From positions 1,984,001 through 2,048,000 of the forward strand of contig CAVTBU010000005.1 in NCBI GenBank assembly GCA_963733035.1: a DNA stretch of 64,000 nucleotides. The letters run 5' to 3'. Positions 63,129 to 64,000 of this stretch are shown one piece after another. A program made the position numbers and the translations under genes. The notes under the pieces were generated by a model that had not been told where the DNA came from, made no database searches, and saw only the letters and a program-made list of their open reading frames with translations. The stretch comes from Pirellulales bacterium. GTDB lineage: Bacteria; Planctomycetota; Planctomycetia; Pirellulales; PALSA-1355. Numbering within the stretch: the stretch's first letter is position 1; each line of letters opens with the position of its first letter.

Positions 63129-63701
63129 TTAGGTCGCGGCCTGCTCGAATGCGGGCTTAGTCGACTTTTGACTCACTCGATCACGTTCGCCGACGAACTC
63201 GAGAATTGCGCGGTTGCCAGCATCGCCCAGCCGAGGCTTGGCCAGCTTTAAAATCCGGGTATAGCCGCCTGGACGATCGACATAGCGGGGAGCGACCTCG
63301 GAAAACAGCAACCGCACGGCCTGTTTGTCGCCCAGCAACACAAGTGCGCGCCGCCGCGCGTTAACGACCGGCGCCATGGCCTGATTCCACTTGGTGTACG
63401 CATCGCTCTTGCGCCACTCCTTCCAGGCGGCGCTATCGCGGTCGGCTGTCGTGCCGTGTTTTTCCGCTTCTTCCAACGCCGGCAGCACATTCTTGGCCAG
63501 CGTGATACAGCGCTCGACCACCGGCCGAACCTCCTTCGCCTTTTCAACCGTGGTGATGATGCGGCCCTTCACCTTCGGTGCGTTCTCATCATCCTCGGCA
63601 TCACGCACAGTCAGAAACAAGGCGCTGGCCAGGTTTCGAAGCAAGGCCCGCTGATGAGATGGAGAACGGCCGAGCGTGCGGCCTTTTCGTCGGTGTCGCA
63701 T
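63129..63701 (-). CDS. rplQ: 50S ribosomal protein L17 with insertions
   Basis: MRHRRKGRTLGRSPSHQRALLRNL, GRIITTVEKAKE, RPGGYTRILK, RLGD; follows rpoA. Confidence 0.95.
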   Translation of the reverse strand: MRHRRKGRTLGRSPSHQRALLRNLASALFLTVRDAEDDENAPKVKGRIITTVEKAKEVRPVVERCITLAKNVLPALEEAEKHGTTADRDSAAWKEWRKSDAYTKWNQAMAPVVNARRRALVLLGDKQAVRLLFSEVAPRYVDRPGGYTRILKLAKPRLGDAGNRAILEFVGERDRVSQKSTKPAFEQAAT

Positions 63702-63779
63702 GGTAACTGTTGGTTCGATCTATCAAGGGACCCAAGGTCCGGGTGTCATTTTCGGCGGCAAGCCGCCAACGTATTCGCG

Positions 63780-64000
63780 TTACACGCTGGCGATGGGAGC
63801 GGGGATTCGCATGCCCAGGCGCAGCCCCAATTCCGCGAGCTTTTCCCGCACTTCATGCAGGGTCGTCTCGCCAAAATTGCGGACTTCAAGCAATTGGTCT
63901 TCATTCCGACGGACCAGATCTCGCACGGTATGGATATTTTCCGACTCGAGGCAGTTGCTGGCCCGCACCGAAAGTTTGAGTTCCGCCAGGCTCATATTCA
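63780..64000 (-). CDS. rpoA: RNA polymerase alpha subunit, C-terminal domain (truncated by window end)
   Basis: [24 protein letters not shown]; position upstream of rplQ. Confidence 0.93.
   Translation of the reverse strand, partial: NMSLAELKLSVRASNCLESENIHTVRDLVRRNEDQLLEVRNFGETTLHEVREKLAELGLRLGMRIPAPIASV

Overview
64-kb chromosomal segment of a high-GC planctomycete, most likely Pirellulales. The assignment rests on a DUF1549/DUF1553-DUF1501 operon, an ExLExRxLL extracellular-motif protein, an ECF sigma/Ser-Thr kinase pair, fhcAB and an insertion-bearing L17. Main content: (1) a 17.5-kb type IV filament (T4P/T2SS-like) locus with two PilB/GspE ATPases, PilT, PilC, four large pilins and a ~1,780-aa PilX/GspK-like protein, transcribed divergently from a secreted S53 protease; (2) fhcB-fhcA; (3) metabolic and regulatory singletons (DUF900 hydrolase fusion, ade, pgl, oxalate decarboxylase-like bicupin, SDR, K+ channel, ECF+STK-WD40, FAD oxidoreductase, MFS, PEP-CTERM aspartic protease, hemY); (4) a cytochrome c-LRR/DUF1549/DUF1501/PPC operon; (5) kdsD-kdsC followed by a ~1,020-aa membrane-anchored LptC/LptA(OstA)-like protein; (6) fba and the end of the rpoA-rplQ operon. 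Scattered single frameshifts look like long-read indel errors, but they are far denser in the lower-GC pilin segment (12.7-19.8 kb). A ~142-bp multi-hairpin MITE-like element lies directly upstream of the pilins. No rRNA, tRNA, CRISPR array, transposase, integrase or reverse transcriptase was recognised. All family calls come from reading motifs by eye; no database searches were run.
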